This document shows, in pieces, positions 16,956 to 26,840 of a stretch of DNA of 64,000 nucleotides; the first letter of the stretch is position 1; every line of letters starts with the position of its first letter. This stretch comes from Candidatus Deferrimicrobiaceae bacterium (GTDB lineage Bacteria > Desulfobacterota > Deferrimicrobia > Deferrimicrobiales > Deferrimicrobiaceae). The notes under the pieces are model-generated. The model searched no databases, was not told the DNA's origin, and worked only from the letters and a program-made list of their open reading frames with translations. The position numbers and the translations under genes were made by a program. The stretch spans positions 320,001 to 384,000 of the forward strand of contig CAWBVY010000006.1 in assembly GCA_963792415.1 (NCBI GenBank). Reading direction: 5' to 3'.

Positions 16956-17963
16956 CTAGGAAGCGATTATGCCTTGGCCAGAACTTAGTATTCGTGCGGC
17001 CTCTTCGGCCATTGTATGCACAATTTCTGCGGCTGGTTGGATACGGGACGCCAAACCGACGCTCTGTCCGGCATATAAACACATGGACTCCAACTGTCCG
17101 ATCGCACCCGGTTCCGGATAGGATGCTTCGTAGCGTCTTATTAAGTTTCCATCACCATAAGTTCCTATCACTTCGCTTTCATTTGGACGGTGGCCTCTCG
17201 GCGGATTTCCAGCTGCCTCCCATTGCTCAATCGTGTCATTACGCAGCGATCGATGGGGAGAATCGGGCCATCCAATGTCAAATAAAGTCGAATACACTGC
17301 ATCGGTTTCTGCGGCTTGTAAGAGCTTCTGTTGATATACAGTGTGAATTACAGCTTCTTCGCTCAACAAGAAGCGTGTACCCACCCATACGCCGGCTGCT
17401 CCCAGCATCAACGCGGCAGCAACACCGCGTCCATCAGCGATACCACCTGCGGCAATGACGGGTTTCGGGGCGACCGCATCCACCACGCGGGGCACCAACG
17501 GGAAGGTAGCCACCTTTCCCCATACATGTCCGCCCGCCTCCCAACCTTGAGCGACAAGAATGTCCACCCCTGCCTCACTGGCAAGGCAAGCCTCGGCTGC
17601 GCTTCCAATCGTGTGCATGACCAATGCCCCCGCAGCATGAACACGCTCGATATATTTTGATGAGTCACCATAGAAAAAAGAAATGATGGGCACGCCTTCT
17701 TCCAAACATATCGCCAGTCGTTCATCTTGCGGCCATGCCAACACCAGATTGACTCCGAAAGGACGACTGGTTAACGAACGGGTCTTGCGGATAACTTGGC
17801 GAGTGCTTTCCAGATCGCGCCATGTTGCGGACAGCATCCCTAACCCACCCGCATTGGAAACAGCCGCCGCCAATTCCGGACTTACGGCATTCGACATCGG
17901 GGCCAGGATGATCGGTATGTCGATATTCAGTAAACGAGTCAAGGAGGTCTGAAATTTCAGCAT
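16956..17963 (-). CDS. Nitronate monooxygenase / 2-nitropropane dioxygenase family flavoprotein (cassette gene)
   Basis: PIILAPM, AAVSNAGGLG, AQGWEAGGH, AAGGIADGRG, GTRF, YAGQSVG. GTTGGGC core site at 18010-18004. Confidence 0.92.
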   Translation of the reverse strand: MLKFQTSLTRLLNIDIPIILAPMSNAVSPELAAAVSNAGGLGMLSATWRDLESTRQVIRKTRSLTSRPFGVNLVLAWPQDERLAICLEEGVPIISFFYGDSSKYIERVHAAGALVMHTIGSAAEACLASEAGVDILVAQGWEAGGHVWGKVATFPLVPRVVDAVAPKPVIAAGGIADGRGVAAALMLGAAGVWVGTRFLLSEEAVIHTVYQQKLLQAAETDAVYSTLFDIGWPDSPHRSLRNDTIEQWEAAGNPPRGHRPNESEVIGTYGDGNLIRRYEASYPEPGAIGQLESMCLYAGQSVGLASRIQPAAEIVHTMAEEAARILSSGQGIIAS

Positions 17964-18074
17964 TGCGTGTATCCTTTCACGATAAAGGTGATTTTACGCA
18001 GCGGCCCAACGAAATTCAGACTGCCTGCTGGTCTGCCGAATTACCAACCCGAAGGTCTTGATCCGAGACTCAAC

Positions 18075-18145
18075 GACGAACGCTCCGGCTTAGCTGCGGG
18101 CACTCGGGAATTTCGCCATGTGAGCCGTCAGTTCCACGGCGATGA
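18075..18145 (-). other. Degenerate attC site
   Basis: CTGACGGCTC...GCCCGCAGCTAAGCCGGAGCGTTCGTC aligns with the complete attC. The R'' box is eroded. Confidence 0.7.
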
Positions 18146-18185
18146 CCCGATCGTGCCCAATCAATGTTGCTCGATCAAGCAAGGG

Positions 18186-19274
18186 TCAGGCTGCAAAACG
18201 GCGCACCGCGTCTTCGTTCCAGTCCACTCCTGTGCCGATGGCGTCGCCGACAATCGCCAAGCCCTTCTCGACCCGCAGCGGCTCCGCGAGGATGGGGTTC
18301 CACCAGTCCGCATATTCAAGCCAATGCGCCGTCGGAGTGCAACACAGGAGGCGCGCACTGATCTCCGGCCAGAGGTGGTTCGAAACGAGAATACCTTTCG
18401 CGTGCGCGAGCGTCGCGGCCCTGAGCCAGCCAGTCACTCCGCCAATCTTCATCACGTCGGGCATGACAAAATCAGATGCTTGCGCCTCGATGGCGTGCTG
18501 CATGTCCAGCGTTCCCCACCAGTTCTCTCCGCACTGGATTGGGGTTCGTGCCTCGCGCGCGACGAGCGCGTGCCCGGCGTAGTCGTGGGCGAGCGTCGGT
18601 TCTTCAACCCACGTGAGGCCTTCGTCGTCGAGAACCCGCAGTCGCTCTACGGCCTCTATCGGAGTGAGGCACTGGTTGTAGTCCACCATGATGGCCATGT
18701 CGTTACCAGCGGCCTTGCGCATGGCCCGCACAACGGCGACGTCCTCTTGCACAGTGGGGTAGCCGATCTTTGCTTTGATGCCCGTGAACCCTTGCGTCGC
18801 CCAACGTTCGGCGGCCTTCGCGCAACCTTCCACGCCATCGTACCCGACTGCACCGTAGGGGCGCACGGGCTTCTCCACCCCGCCCAGCAACCGCACCAGC
18901 GGCATGCCGTGAACGCGGGCCAGCGCATCCCACAGTGCCATGTCTATCGCAGCGAGCGCGATACCGACAAGGCCTTGCGTCCCAAGCAAGCGGAATCGCT
19001 TGGCGAGTCTTTGCTCGATATCGGCAGGAGCCAGCACTTCACCTTTCACCAGGGCCTCAAAATTCCGAATCAACTCGGCAGTCGGCTTGAGCGCGGCGGG
19101 CGTGTAGGTGAACACGATGCTGTGCCCGCTGATTCCGGTATCGGTGACAACGTCCGTCAAGACCAGGGGCGACTCGGTAATCACGCCGCCCGCGGTCCGA
19201 TGGGGTTCCGTCATTGGCACGCGGACCGCCCGCACTCTGAAGCCTTGAATCGTCGGCGACGAATCCCCCGGCAT
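18186..19274 (-). CDS. Mandelate racemase / muconate lactonizing enzyme family protein (mandelate racemase-like)
   Basis: KAKIG, IMVDYNQ, WVEEP, GENW, MPDVMKIGGVTGW, SNHL catalytic motifs; GAGGAGG RBS. Confidence 0.92.
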   Translation of the reverse strand: MPGDSSPTIQGFRVRAVRVPMTEPHRTAGGVITESPLVLTDVVTDTGISGHSIVFTYTPAALKPTAELIRNFEALVKGEVLAPADIEQRLAKRFRLLGTQGLVGIALAAIDMALWDALARVHGMPLVRLLGGVEKPVRPYGAVGYDGVEGCAKAAERWATQGFTGIKAKIGYPTVQEDVAVVRAMRKAAGNDMAIMVDYNQCLTPIEAVERLRVLDDEGLTWVEEPTLAHDYAGHALVAREARTPIQCGENWWGTLDMQHAIEAQASDFVMPDVMKIGGVTGWLRAATLAHAKGILVSNHLWPEISARLLCCTPTAHWLEYADWWNPILAEPLRVEKGLAIVGDAIGTGVDWNEDAVRRFAA

Positions 19275-19513
19275 ATTCTCCTCCTCAGATCAGTACGCCC
19301 AATGCTCCTGCTTGGCAGCGGGATTATGGTCTTTTCTTGGGGTAGTTGATAACTCCAATTCCCGTTATTCGAAACACTTGGTTTCACATTGTAGTGGAAT
19401 ATCGATTCCTGCGGGGAAGGAGATGGGGGGGTATCGGCGGAGCAGATTTTTTCCTGCCGGACTTATACATCGCTTTTAGAATTGTTCATTGTCGCTCGAT
19501 TGAAACTCGGGAG

Positions 19514-21142
19514 TCACCCGGGCCGTCTGGGCAAATTTTTGAATAACGCCTTCCCCCGATCGGTCCATCCGTCAAGTGAAGCCCCGGCGGTTGCCGTCAT
19601 CACGACCACCCCGAAATCGCTTACAAGAGACCACACGATCCACCAAAAGGGAGATCGATCAGGATTCGGCATGAATGGATAAAAGGGACCGAGGAAAATC
19701 CCGGAAAACAGAAAAACCAACACCGCGAACCCCAGAGCACGCGGTCCGGCCGATCCCCTCTTCCGTGCCGAGAATCCGGCAGCCAGAGCAGCCGCCGGGC
19801 TAACCGGCGGCATGATCATCTCGATCCGATTATAGCCACCTGAACCAAAGAACAGGAATGCGCAATTCGCCGTCGTCAAGACCGCAATGGCAACCGTTCC
19901 CACAGCAATTCCATAGAGGGATGAGTCAAGAAAGCCGACTCCCGGCTTTTCATTCGATACCGTGGTATCCTCTGTCGGCGTTCCCGGAAAGACGGGTAGG
20001 CCACGGGGTGCATCGCCCTCCTCCGCCTCCTCTCCCTCCATGACCCCGGGAAGAATCCCGTCCCCCATCCCCGCCAGCAGTTCGATCCGCTGACGGACAG
20101 TAGGATGGGCGGACCATATTCCTTCCCACCACCTCCCTGACCCCGGCGGATCAACGATGAACAGGTGAGCCATTGCATGGGATCCCCTCAATGATCCTTT
20201 CCCCGTTCCGGCGATCTTCGCCAGCGCCGAGGCCAGGGAGGGTGGATTCAGGGTCAAACGCGCCGCGTCCGCGTCCGCGAGCAACTCCCGCTGACGGGAA
20301 ATGGCCAGCGGAAACAGCAATCCGATCACGGGCGCGACGAAGAAAGCGTAGAGGACCACGCCGGCCTGAACCAGCACCCAGGTGCGCAACTGACCGGTCG
20401 GATCGAGTTCGTCAAAGCTCGAAAGGCCTCCCGCGTAGTAGAAAGACAGCAGGAACATCTGGCCGACAAAGAAAAGGGCACCGGCACCCAGCAGCCAGTG
20501 AACGTGGTACAGGAAACGGATCGGGGCGGTCAGCAACCGGAACGGCAGCCGCAGGATGGCCCCCATCGCCGCAACCATCGTGTTCAACCGTATATCCTGG
20601 TTCCCGATGTGCGAGATTTCATGGGCAAGGACCCCCTCCAGTTCCCGGGGGGTCAGGAGGGACAGCAGCCCCCGGGTGACCACGATCGAGGAGCGATCTG
20701 GGATAAGGCCAACGGAAAAGGCGTTGGGAACTTCCGTCTCGACGACGTATAGCTTCGGGAGGGGCAGTCCGGTGCCAATGCAAAGGTCCTCCACGGTATC
20801 CCACAGTCTCTTCTCCCGGTCGCGTCCCAGCGGCCTGGCCTTTGCCATCCGCAACGCGAGCCGGTCCGCATAACGGTACTGGACGTACAGCGCCGCCGCC
20901 AGAAGAACCGGGGTTATGGCCCCCGCAAGCACCAAATATGCAGTGAGTCCTTTGCGGGCTTCCTGCATGAAATCCATCAGGCCGGGCAGGAACATCACGA
21001 ACCAGATGGGGAGATAGGAGGAGAACCACCCGACGACCGGAAGCAGCGCCAATCCGAAGATTCCGAGCATGAGACGAGTGTTCCTGCGGTTCGCGTCGAT
21101 CCTGTCGAAGACGACCACTCTACGCGGCGCGGTCCCGGGCAT
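19514..21142 (-). CDS. M48-family (HtpX-like) membrane zinc metalloprotease with extra C-terminal transmembrane region
   Basis: PNAF, ELEGVLAHEISH, SRQRELLAD, HPTVRQRI. Start uncertain. Confidence 0.88.
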   Translation of the reverse strand: MPGTAPRRVVVFDRIDANRRNTRLMLGIFGLALLPVVGWFSSYLPIWFVMFLPGLMDFMQEARKGLTAYLVLAGAITPVLLAAALYVQYRYADRLALRMAKARPLGRDREKRLWDTVEDLCIGTGLPLPKLYVVETEVPNAFSVGLIPDRSSIVVTRGLLSLLTPRELEGVLAHEISHIGNQDIRLNTMVAAMGAILRLPFRLLTAPIRFLYHVHWLLGAGALFFVGQMFLLSFYYAGGLSSFDELDPTGQLRTWVLVQAGVVLYAFFVAPVIGLLFPLAISRQRELLADADAARLTLNPPSLASALAKIAGTGKGSLRGSHAMAHLFIVDPPGSGRWWEGIWSAHPTVRQRIELLAGMGDGILPGVMEGEEAEEGDAPRGLPVFPGTPTEDTTVSNEKPGVGFLDSSLYGIAVGTVAIAVLTTANCAFLFFGSGGYNRIEMIMPPVSPAAALAAGFSARKRGSAGPRALGFAVLVFLFSGIFLGPFYPFMPNPDRSPFWWIVWSLVSDFGVVVMTATAGASLDGWTDRGKALFKNLPRRPG

Positions 21143-21664
21143 GGCGGGAATCCTCACGGGGCTTCGGACAGTGCTCGGGTCCCCGTTTGTCCAGAGTAGT
21201 GGAAAAAAAGACGGGGGAAAACAACAAACCAACCAGGCGGCGCTGACCGCCCGCCTGAAACTTCTCCAACCGCACAAGGGGTTTCTCCCTGAGGTGGTCC
21301 AGTCCTCAACAATCGAAACCGAATCAATGAAAAGATTCCGCCCCAATGTCTTCCGCATGAACGGACGGAAATCCAGTCACCAACTTCATTAAGCGGAGAT
21401 GGAGCAATCATCACCCGATATCCTTATAGGCATAGGCAAAATCCGAGTCGAAAGAATGATTACATTGTCTTTGCGGTCCGTGCGGACTCTGACGGAATTC
21501 CCTCTACACAGAAGGAAGGGTTGGGAGGAGCAGGTCAAGGCTCTTGGCCGATCTTTCTTCGCCTCTTCGTGATTCCCGGAATCCAGCGGAATCGGGAATC
21601 CCATTAACGGCAGGGAGAATCCAAGCCTTAACTCCTGCACTGAAAAGGAGAAGAGGAGGTTTTT

Positions 21665-21850
21665 ATGGCGAAGGTCATAAGTTGTCGGGACGCGGGCGTG
21701 GATTGTGATTTCGTGGCTCGGGGGGAGACGGAAGAGGAACTGTTTCGTAACGCCTTTGAGCACGGAAGGAAATTCCACGGCATGAAGGAAATTCCAAAAG
21801 ACCTCCAGGAAAAGATGCGAACGCTCATTCGGGAGGAGAAAGCGGCGTAG
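21665..21850 (+). CDS. Small metal-binding protein (DUF1059-like)
   Basis: SCRDAGVDCDFVARGETEEEL...EH...HG; GAGGAGG RBS. Confidence 0.88.
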   Translation: MAKVISCRDAGVDCDFVARGETEEELFRNAFEHGRKFHGMKEIPKDLQEKMRTLIREEKAA

Positions 21851-22003
21851 GAGAGGCCCGGCGAAAACGATCACGCCTTCCTTCAAGCAAGGGCCCGGGG
21901 TACTTCACGGGCCCTTTTCTCAAAATCGAGCCGGAAACATTACGCCCGGAAGGTTCAAGTCCCCTCCCGGCAGTGATACCCCTCTTCCCGCCTTCCCCGT
22001 CGT

Positions 22004-22582
22004 CTATTTCGGGGGGATCGGGGCCGGCACCATGTTGCGGACGGGGGGAAGGGACATGAGATAGGCGAACATGGCTTTCAGGTCTTTGTCGCTCGCCTGC
22101 TGGATGCCCTGCCAAGGCATTGGAGGCAACAAGGGGCGACCACCGGGTGTTTTTCCCGTCCGAAGGGATTTGATGAATGTATCCTCTGTCCATGCGCCGA
22201 TTCCGGTTTCCTTGTCGGGGGTGAGGTTCGACGCGAAGCTGATTCCCCAGGGACCAGCCCAACCGGTCAGGTCGTTGGTGCACAAACCGCCCCAGGAGTT
22301 CGGCCCGATGACGCCCTCCGGGATTGCGGGAACCTTCTCCGAAGAAGGGAATCCTGAAAGAAGCCGCTTCGTGTCCAGTGCGGGACCTTTCCCGGTCATC
22401 ACTTTCGGCGTGTGACAGTCGTGGCACCCTCCGAGGGTCATCAGATATTTTCCACGTGCAAGGGTCGCAGAAACGGGCTTCGACGCAGGATCCTTCCCCA
22501 TCAGGGGCTCCGCCGCCAGTGCGCTCGCAACGAAGCAACATGCCAACACCGGCACACCGATAAATTTCCGCAGCGTGTTCAC
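22004..22582 (-). CDS. Periplasmic c-type cytochrome
   Basis: Signal peptide; RGKYL...GGCHDCHTP; SNLTPDKETGIG.W; PPMPW. Confidence 0.9.
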   Translation of the reverse strand: MNTLRKFIGVPVLACCFVASALAAEPLMGKDPASKPVSATLARGKYLMTLGGCHDCHTPKVMTGKGPALDTKRLLSGFPSSEKVPAIPEGVIGPNSWGGLCTNDLTGWAGPWGISFASNLTPDKETGIGAWTEDTFIKSLRTGKTPGGRPLLPPMPWQGIQQASDKDLKAMFAYLMSLPPVRNMVPAPIPPK

Positions 22583-22699
22583 CCCGCACCTCCTCGCGAT
22601 GATGTTCGCCCTATGGAGTAACGCTCTCCGTTTGTGGGGTGTATGTCAAAATAAATGCGCAAAGGAAATCCAGCGTCAACCGCGTATCCGAAGAACCCC

Positions 22700-22747
22700 T
22701 TTTTCACCCCGAAAAAGCGAGTTGTTTGCACGGGGTTTGCAGTCCGT
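22700..22747 (+). repeat. Boundary repeat family B, copy 1 (GTTTGCA tandem motif)
   Basis: TTTTTCACCCCGAAA...TTGTTTGCAcGGGGTTTGCAGTCCGT matches 32799..32845. Confidence 0.75.
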
Positions 22748-22814
22748 TTGGCTTACCCTTTTAATAACCGAGGTACGTCCGTACGATTTTCACACGAAAA
22801 TACGGGTGGACCGT

Positions 22815-23183
22815 TCATTGAATCTCCATGGGCGTCACGAGCTGGAAATAATTATTGTCCGGATCGGCGAAGGTCGCGATCATCATTTTCGGATCTTCCT
22901 CCGGAGGGTAAGGCTCCGCGACTACCGCTGCCCCGAGCTTTTTGATTCTTTCGAATTCTCCCTCTACATCCTTGGTCTCGAAATTGAACATCATCCTTTC
23001 GGGGTTCGCGTTCCTGCCTTGGATTTTGTCATGCGGGCCAACAATGATGAATCCCTTGCCGACCATGAATCCGTTGTAATCGCCTTCCGACCACTCGGGA
23101 TCCTTCTGAAAAACCCGCTTGTAAAAATCCGCGAGTTTTTTTGGATCCTTCGAAAAAACCAGGATGGAATTGAAATCCAACAT
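22815..23183 (-). CDS. VOC/glyoxalase family protein
   Basis: DPKKLADFY...F.T.DV...LGA...ATFADPDNNYFQL. Confidence 0.9.
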   Translation of the reverse strand: MLDFNSILVFSKDPKKLADFYKRVFQKDPEWSEGDYNGFMVGKGFIIVGPHDKIQGRNANPERMMFNFETKDVEGEFERIKKLGAAVVAEPYPPEEDPKMMIATFADPDNNYFQLVTPMEIQ

Positions 23184-23351
23184 GATCTTCACCCCCTTTT
23201 CACATTTTGATGCGTCGAGAACACGGCATCGTTTCCCCCGCCGGGGATTTGTCCGCTGCAAGCAGTGGGATCAGATTGCGAATGCCCGCTGCCATCCCCG
23301 CATCTAATTACCAACGAGATGTGCGGTCAGTCAGAGAGGGAGGGCAATCCC

Positions 23352-23684
23352 ATGGAACTTTCGGATAAGCGGTGCGTTCCATGCCGGGGAGGAGTTCCGG
23401 TGTTGGGAGCGGAGGAGGCGGAAAGGCTGGTTGCCCAGGTCCCCGGTTGGTCTCTCGAGGAGGATGCAAAAGGTATCCGCCGGGAATTCCGGTTCCGGAA
23501 TTTTGCAGAGGCAATGATGTTCTCCAGGCAGGTCGGAGAACTCGCGGAGGTCGAGGGGCACCACCCGGATCTGTCCATCGGTTGGGGTTACTGCACGGTA
23601 CGGTTCCGGACCCACGCGATCGGGGGTTTGCACGAAAACGATTTCATCATGGCGGCCAAAGTGAACCGCCTTGTCCCCTCTTAG
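23352..23684 (+). CDS. phhB: Pterin-4-alpha-carbinolamine dehydratase
   Basis: CVPCRGG, F.F.NF, EGHHPD, THAIGGLHENDFIMAAK. Confidence 0.92.
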   Translation: MELSDKRCVPCRGGVPVLGAEEAERLVAQVPGWSLEEDAKGIRREFRFRNFAEAMMFSRQVGELAEVEGHHPDLSIGWGYCTVRFRTHAIGGLHENDFIMAAKVNRLVPS

Positions 23685-23734
23685 GCCTCCCCTTCCTGGT
23701 CCCAATCCCCAACAGGGCATTGAATTCCAGACAA

Positions 23735-23813
23735 GAAAAAGGGGGTCACGATTTCTCGTAACCCCCTGATTTTATATGGTAGCTTGGCCAGGATTTGAAC
23801 CTGGGACCTTCGG
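23735..23813 (-). repeat. att-like direct repeat: 3' half of tRNA-Met plus its downstream hairpin
   Basis: 79 bp, four mismatches against 34322..34400. Confidence 0.93.
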
Positions 23814-24038
23814 CTAGAGTTGTTCCTTTCTCAGAAATTTTCCGTTTGCCGCATCGAATTTATAGAATGAATCCCCTTCCTGAACCGTCCATTCGGCGTT
23901 GGTTTTCTTGCCGAGGGACATCTTCGTTCCGTACTTGTTGGGCTTTAGTCCGTTTTTTTTCGCCTCGGTCATGATCTTGTTGCTGTCCGCGAATTCACCG
24001 ACGGGATGAAGATCAATTAAAGGATTCGCCTGGATCCA
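23814..24038 (-). pseudogene. 5'-truncated gene fragment ending at the att repeat
   Basis: Open frame WIQANPLIDL...YKFDAANGKFLRKEQL* with no convincing start. Its TAG abuts the att copy. Confidence 0.45.
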
Positions 24039-24057
24039 CTCAGTGAGGTTCTCTGTT

Positions 24058-24528
24058 TCACCTTTTCTTTTCCTTCTTGGGTGGCGTGCAAACCTCTTCT
24101 AACAGTGCATCATTTGCGGTTTCTGGTTCAATATTCTCCCATTTCGCGGGAGAAATGAATTTTTTATACTCATCTTTCATGGATATATAATTAAATTCGA
24201 TAGTTTTCATTAAATGAGCGCTGCAGTCTATTTCTAATAATGCCGTTGCTTCCTTATAAATACGTGTATCTTTTTTATCGTTAACTGGTTCTCCGAATTT
24301 TATCCACACCTTTACATTGTTGTTTCTTTTTATTATACTTTTAGTATCGTAAAAATATATCGTATCATCAATAAAATCTATTGCATAATTATTCCATCTG
24401 CTACGATCAGGAGAAAAGCCATATACAACATTATCTTCTATCGTATTGTCGGTACTTTTCGACATTGCCATGGCGTGCAGGAAGATTAAAAATAGGAAAA
24501 AAAATATCAAAAGCCCTGCGCGTCTCAA
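24058..24528 (-). CDS. Secreted protein, surface-adhesin E-like family (low GC)
   Basis: YFYDTKSI...VKVWIK...EIDC...WENIEPET...VC. TTG start with AGGAG RBS and signal peptide. Confidence 0.7.
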   Translation of the reverse strand: MRRAGLLIFFFLFLIFLHAMAMSKSTDNTIEDNVVYGFSPDRSRWNNYAIDFIDDTIYFYDTKSIIKRNNNVKVWIKFGEPVNDKKDTRIYKEATALLEIDCSAHLMKTIEFNYISMKDEYKKFISPAKWENIEPETANDALLEEVCTPPKKEKKR

Positions 24529-24704
24529 AATCGTCTCCTGTCCCTCAGCCCATTTCAACAGCAAGACTTCGAACTGCCACCAGAACATCTCAAAAGATGA
24601 AAACCCCACTTCCAAGTTCGATACACTTACAAAAACATTTCGTATTCTCATCGGCAATACCACGGGACTTCTTCAACAGTTCCGGCTCGCCCCGGATGTA
24701 AGGC

Positions 24705-24843
24705 GACCTGATCCCCGATTTTAGGCCAACTGGACGCGGGGATTTTCGCTTGGTCACAAGACGGTCACAAACTTCAATCGAGGATTGGAAATTCTTTCAG
24801 CCAAGAGAACTTATTGGAATCGACCTTCGGGGTGCGCCCCGGG
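24705..24843 (+). repeat. Boundary repeat copy A' (homolog of 10245..10386)
   Basis: GACCTGATCCCCGAT...GGTCACAAGACGGTCACAA...GACCTTCGGGGTG. Confidence 0.8.
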
Positions 24844-24859
24844 GATGATCCGTTACCCC

Positions 24860-25606
24860 CTACCCCATTCGCCGCTGGACCGCCTCCCAGGATTTTGTAA
24901 TGAGAAAACTCTCGTCCATGTTGTTGATCATGGCGGCGAACTTGTTCATCGGCATGGCGAAGCTCAGCGTCGAGCCTGGGACAAAGGGCCTGGCGGAAAC
25001 GTCGAACATCCCGAGAACGGCCCTCGGGTGGGACGCACCGATCTCGAGGAAAGGGAATTTCACGATGGAGCCGCAGCCAGCGCAGAAAGGGCAAACCACG
25101 GCATTCAGGTCGGCCTCTTCGAAGCCGGCCAGCGTGTAGAGTCCCGAAAGAACATCCGGAGGGGCGAAGAAGACGGCCACCTGAGGTGCATCGGCTTCCC
25201 GCAGTCTGTCCCATCTCTTGAAAACGATGTGGCGGGCCGGCGCCGTGAAGGAAGGCGAACGCGCTTCGAACTCCTTCACCAGCTCGGGAGATTTTTTGTA
25301 CCGTATGCCCTCCAGCATCCCCGGGATGCCGCACGAGAGAAAGTGTTCGAAATCCGGAGGGACGCCCTGCGTGAAGCCCAGGTAGCGCTTCCCACCGCTG
25401 CAGCCGATCGCAGCAACGTCGAACAGCAGGCTTTCCCCCTTGCGGATCTTCGCAAGGTCCGCGATAAAGCACCGGTGGCCTTTCGCCGGCTCCGCCCGAA
25501 CGGCCGCCCCTTCATCGTCGGTATACCAGCAGGTGATGGGCAGCTCGGCACCGCCGAAATATCTCTTCCACCGATCCAGGAAGTCTTCTTTGAGTCTCAT
25601 GTCCAT
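24860..25606 (-). CDS. DUF169-like protein
   Basis: RCFI...GCSGG..YLGF...FLSCG...GCGSIV...GMFDVSARP; GGAGGAGG RBS. Confidence 0.8.
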   Translation of the reverse strand: MDMRLKEDFLDRWKRYFGGAELPITCWYTDDEGAAVRAEPAKGHRCFIADLAKIRKGESLLFDVAAIGCSGGKRYLGFTQGVPPDFEHFLSCGIPGMLEGIRYKKSPELVKEFEARSPSFTAPARHIVFKRWDRLREADAPQVAVFFAPPDVLSGLYTLAGFEEADLNAVVCPFCAGCGSIVKFPFLEIGASHPRAVLGMFDVSARPFVPGSTLSFAMPMNKFAAMINNMDESFLITKSWEAVQRRMG

Positions 25607-25724
25607 ATTCCCTCCTCCTCCATCAATGCATCGAAGCGGAGATGAACGGAAAATGCATTACCACCCATAGGGTACAATGGAATCACTCAATGTCGGCGTG
25701 GGAACTCACGAGGGGGAAATACCC

Positions 25725-26300
25725 ATGAAGAAGTCCTTTGGCGCAAAGACGCTTGCATTCCCCACCCCGGTTTGGGTGGTGGGGACTTATGACCGGAATG
25801 GAAAACCAAACGTGATGACTGCGGCATGGGGCGGAATCTGCTGTTCCAGCCCTCCATGTTTGGCCGTCTCGCTCCGGAAGGCCACCTACACATACGGGAA
25901 CATCGTGGAGCGGAAGGCATTCACGATCAGCGTCCCCTCCGAGAGCCATGCCCGGGAGGCGGATTACATCGGCATGGTTTCAGGAAAGAACGTAGACAAG
26001 TTCGTTGCCGCCAAGCTCACCCCCGTCCGGGGCTCCCTTGTGGACGCGCCGTATATCGGGGAGTTTCCCCTCGTCATCGAATGTCGACTTCTCCATACCA
26101 TCGAGATCGGCCTGCACACCCAGTTCGTCGGGGAAATCCTGGATGTCAAAGCGGAAGATTCCGTCTGCGACGAGAAGGGATTTGTCGATATCGAAAAAGT
26201 GAAGCCGATCCTCTTCGCTCCGGAGATCAATACCTACCACGGGGTCGGCAGGCTTCTTGGTCACGCCTTCTCTATCGGAAAGGATATTCGAGCGAGGTAG
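25725..26300 (+). CDS. Flavin reductase family protein (flavoredoxin-like)
   Basis: [11 protein letters not shown]...[11 protein letters not shown]...DYIG..SG...ECRL...[10 protein letters not shown]. Confidence 0.92.
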   Translation: MKKSFGAKTLAFPTPVWVVGTYDRNGKPNVMTAAWGGICCSSPPCLAVSLRKATYTYGNIVERKAFTISVPSESHAREADYIGMVSGKNVDKFVAAKLTPVRGSLVDAPYIGEFPLVIECRLLHTIEIGLHTQFVGEILDVKAEDSVCDEKGFVDIEKVKPILFAPEINTYHGVGRLLGHAFSIGKDIRAR

Positions 26301-26542
26301 GCTTCAACGAAGGGACCGCTCGGTCAATCCCTGAGGATAGGATGCTTCACCTGCCCGTCATGGGTGGCGGCAATTCCATCATCTGGATCTCCCACTCGTC
26401 CCGGGAACGGCCATAACGGAGGATGTAGCGGGCGCCGTCGGAACCGTCGAGCTTTACGCACTCGTGGTCCTCCCCCCGCCTTTGGCTCCCTTCGGCTCCA
26501 TCGCCGCCGCACGCCAAGCGGCTTGAGACGGCGGAGGCAGAT

Positions 26543-26791
26543 TCAGCCCACCACCTGTTTTCCCACACCCATTTCATTTAATATTGATTCCATCTGTTCT
26601 TCCGTTATCCAGTTATTTTCCAGAAGAATATCTCCGAGGAGCCTGTGAGGCTTTTGCGTGACGTTATCCTCCATCTGCTCCGCGAGTGCGAGTTGGACCT
26701 GTTCAAGGGTTACATACTTTCGATTGAAGGCGATTCTCCCGAACCGGAAGGTCATCATGTTCGGGGATATTTTCATATTGTCCTTTTCCAT
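26543..26791 (-). CDS. Small stand-alone MshEN-like protein
   Basis: RFGRIA...VT.EQV..AL.EQ followed by LLGDILLE..WIT.EQ...IL; AAGGAGGT RBS. Confidence 0.7.
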   Translation of the reverse strand: MEKDNMKISPNMMTFRFGRIAFNRKYVTLEQVQLALAEQMEDNVTQKPHRLLGDILLENNWITEEQMESILNEMGVGKQVVG

Positions 26792-26840
26792 ATCTACCTC
26801 CTTTTTTTATCCGCTCCCTCGGCGGGTACGAGCAAAACCG

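Noticed and set aside
23777-23813. Second tRNA-Met gene
   Set aside because: Only the 3' half is present, the anticodon and D arm are missing, and the acceptor stem is mutated. It is an att-like scar.
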